64,000 bases of DNA. Source: Candidatus Hydrogenedentota bacterium (GTDB lineage: Bacteria; Hydrogenedentota; Hydrogenedentia; Hydrogenedentales; SLHB01). Positions 61,291 to 64,000 of the stretch are shown one piece after another; position 1 is the stretch's first letter; the number at the start of each line of letters is the position of its first letter. Under the pieces are notes generated by a model that was not told the DNA's origin, made no database searches, and worked only from the letters and a program-made list of their open reading frames with translations. Location of the stretch: NCBI GenBank assembly GCA_963745075.1, contig CAVUWV010000020.1, forward strand, positions 172,280 through 236,279. Direction: 5' to 3'. The position numbers were made by a program, and so were the translations under genes.

Positions 61291-63186
61291 ATGAGAATTC
61301 TCTTTGCATCCACCATACTCGTTATTGCTGTATTCGCTTTGGATCTTCCTGCGGCGGCCGGAGAGTCGCCGAAACCCGAGACCAATGAATACCATGTCTC
61401 CGCGAGCGGCGACGATGCGAATGACGGCTCGGCGGCGCAACCTTTGCGGACCATCTCGGCGGCGGCGCAACGGGCGCAGCCGGGCGACGTGATCACCGTG
61501 CACGAAGGCGTCTACCGGGAGCGCGATCAACCCGCCGCGGGGCGGGAGTCGGACGCACAAGCGGATCGTCTATCAGGCCGCCGCAGGGCGAGAAGGTCGA
61601 GATCAAGGGGTCGGAGGTCGTCACGGGTTGGGAGAAGGTCCAGGGCGACACCTGGAAGGTGACGCTGCCCGAACGCGTTCTTCGGCGACTTCAATCCCTA
61701 CCGCGACCTGATCCACGGCGACTGGTTCAATCCCAAGGGCCGCGCGCACCACACCGGCGCCGTGTATCTGAACGGCGACTGGCTGACCGAGGCGGCCACG
61801 CTGGAGGAGGTGCTGAAACCCGCGACGGCCGATGCCGCTCTGGTTCGGCCGAGGTGGACGAGGACACGACCACGATCTGGGCCCAGTTCAAGGGCGTCGA
61901 TCCCAACCAGGAGCTGGTCGAGATCAACGTGCGCCGGGCGGTCTTCTACCCGGAAAAGCCCGGCGTCGAACTACATCACCGTGCGCGGCTTCACCATGCG
62001 GCACGCGGCCACCCCCTGGGCCCCGCCCACCGCCGAGCAGATCGGCCTGATCGGCACGCACTGGAGCAAGGGCTGGATCATCGAGAACAACACGATCAGC
62101 CACTCGATCTGCTCCGGCGTCACGCTCGGCAAGTACGGCGACCAGTGGGACAACACCTCGGCGAACACCGCCGAGGGCTACGTCAAGACGATCGAGCGCG
62201 CGCTGGCAAACGGCTGGTCCAGGGAGAACATCGGCCACCACATCGTGCGCAACAACACCATCTCGCACTGCGAGCAGGCGGGCATCGTCGGCAGCCTGGG
62301 GGCGGTGCTTCAGCACGATCACCGGCAACGACATCCACGACATCCACGTGCGGCGCCTGTTCACCGGCGCCGAGATGGCGGGCATCAAGATCCACGCCGC
62401 CATCGACACCGAGATCAGCCGCAACCACATCTACCGCACCTGCCGGGGATCTGGCTGGACTGGATGGCCCAGGGCACGCGCGTCACCGGCAACCTGCTTC
62501 CACGACAATGCAGAGCGAGGACCTGTTCGTCGAGGTCGACCACGGCCCGTTCCTGGTGGACAACAACCTGTTCCTTTCGGCACCGGTCCTGCTGGACATG
62601 TCGGAGGGCGGCGCATACGTCCACAACCTGTTCGCCGGGCGAGATCATGCCACGTCCCGAGCTGAGCCGCGAGACGCCGTTCCACAAGGCGCACTCGACC
62701 GAAGTCGCCGGGCTGCGCAACATCGAAGGCGGCGACGACCGGTTCTACAACAACATCTTTGCAGACACCCGGCGGCCTGGCCGGCTACGACGCGGCGGCG
62801 CTTGCCGGTCTACATGTCCGGCAACGTGTTCCTGCACGGCGCCACGCCGTCGAAGCTTGAACAGGATCCGCTCGTGCAGGCGGACTTCGACCCCGGAATC
62901 AAACTCGTTGAAGACAAGGACGGCGTCCACCTGCATATCACGCTGGATGCCGCCTGGGGTGCCGAGAAGGAACACGCGCTCGTTACTACCGAACTGCTCG
63001 GACGCGCAAAGATACCGGATCTTCCCGTACGTGAACGGTGACGACACGCCGGTTCGCATCGATACCGACTACTTTGGCGCAGGCAGAGACGAGAGTAATC
63101 CGTTCCCGGGACCGTTTGAACTGCCCGAGGGTGGTAAGCACGTGCTTAAAGTCTGGCCGGTGAGCGAAAGTGGTAGCGAACGGTGA
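61291..63186 (+). pseudogene. Right-handed beta-helix glycoside hydrolase, GH120 beta-xylosidase-like, broken by many frameshifts
   Basis: EYHVS...PLRTISAAA..AQPGD.ITVHEGVYRE, HTGAVYLNG, AATPWAPPTAEQIGLIG.HWSKGWIIENN, CEQAGIVGSLG, EMAGIKIH and EVDHGP spread over three frames. Confidence 0.8.
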
Positions 63187-63389
63187 TGTACAAGGCAGAA
63201 CCGCACGTGCGAGACTCGGGCTGACCGCCATCGCGGCCCGATGCTGTCGTTTGCATGACGGCGTCCGGGAATTTCTCGCCCCCAAAATGGTCATCTCCAG
63301 TATACGGGAACCTACGAACGGCCCAATCCGGTCGCCGCGGACGCGCATTGGACGATGGCAGCTCCAGACGTAGTCGCGTGCCGATGCCG

Positions 63390-63465
63390 CCCCCCCTCTA
63401 ACTCCCCCCCGTGAACAGGGGGAGAACAGCTCCCTCCCCGTTCACGGGGAGGGTTGGGGAGGGGG
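63390..63465. repeat. C/G-rich palindromic REP-like doublet between convergent genes
   Basis: CCCCCTCTAACTCCCCCCCGTGAAC ... GTTCACGGGGAGGGTTGGGGAGGGGG with two internal hairpins. Confidence 0.7.
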
Positions 63466-63560
63466 TCTTCTCGTTCTTGCTTTCAAAAGGATTTCGTATT
63501 CCCCACGTTCTGGAGATGAACCCAGAAAAGGCCGTTGAACGGGACTCACATCGTATTGAA

Positions 63561-64000
63561 TCACCCAGAAAACGTTTTCACGGCGTCAAACATCGCCACG
63601 AGATTTTTGATGGGGGTACGCGCCTGTATGTTATGAATGGTGTTAAAGACAAATCCGCCGTTTGCGCCGAAGATCTGGCAGCGTTCGAGGGTCTGCCGCC
63701 GCACTTCTTCGGGCGTGCCAAAGGGCAGCGTATTCTGCGTGTCCGCGCCGCCGCCCCAGAAAACCAGCCGGTCACCGTAGCGTTCTTTCAGACTACTCGG
63801 CTCCATGCCCGCGGCCGAGCACTGGACGGGATTGATAATGTCGAAGCCGGATTCGATGAAGTGGCTCATGAAATTCTCCACGGCGCCGCAGGAATGCTTG
63901 AGGGTCTTCCATGTGGTGTGTTGGTGAATCCAATCGTTCATGGCCTTGTAATAGGGGTGCCAGAGCGAATCATAGGTCTCCGGTGAACAGAAGCTATTGT
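63561..64000 (-). CDS. UroD-like/MtaA-CmuA methyltransferase family protein, 3' part (runs off window)
   Basis: Frame open to the window edge; HSCG, INPVQ, FWGGGADTQ..LPFG, HNIQ. Confidence 0.88.
   Translation of the reverse strand, partial: NSFCSPETYDSLWHPYYKAMNDWIHQHTTWKTLKHSCGAVENFMSHFIESGFDIINPVQCSAAGMEPSSLKERYGDRLVFWGGGADTQNTLPFGTPEEVRRQTLERCQIFGANGGFVFNTIHNIQARTPIKNLVAMFDAVKTFSG

Overview
This is a GC-rich bacterial chromosomal window from a diderm (LolA-family protein, lipoproteins, many Tat substrates). The gene repertoire resembles Hydrogenedentota/PVC-like glycan degraders, but that is a guess, not a taxonomic call. The left part holds housekeeping genes (gltA, a RACo/ASKHA activator, proC-divIVA-lolA-maf, araB, M42 peptidase). 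Most of the rest encodes exported carbohydrate-processing proteins (heparinase II/III-like, GH106-like, sulfatase, GH120-like, Gfo/Idh/MocA oxidoreductases, TIM-barrel epimerases, two Na+/solute symporters) and uncharacterised secreted proteins. The most unusual locus is a ~2.8 kb module at 49480-52270. It contains an intact REP-associated HUH/Y1 tyrosine transposase (RAYT) divergent from a primase-less P4/D5-type SF3 helicase, followed by an iteron-like inverted repeat set around an AT-richer spacer. Three ~130 bp REP-doublet hairpins bracket these genes, and no integrase is visible. At least nine genes carry small frameshifts that most likely reflect sequencing or assembly indels. No rRNA, tRNA or CRISPR array was recognised.
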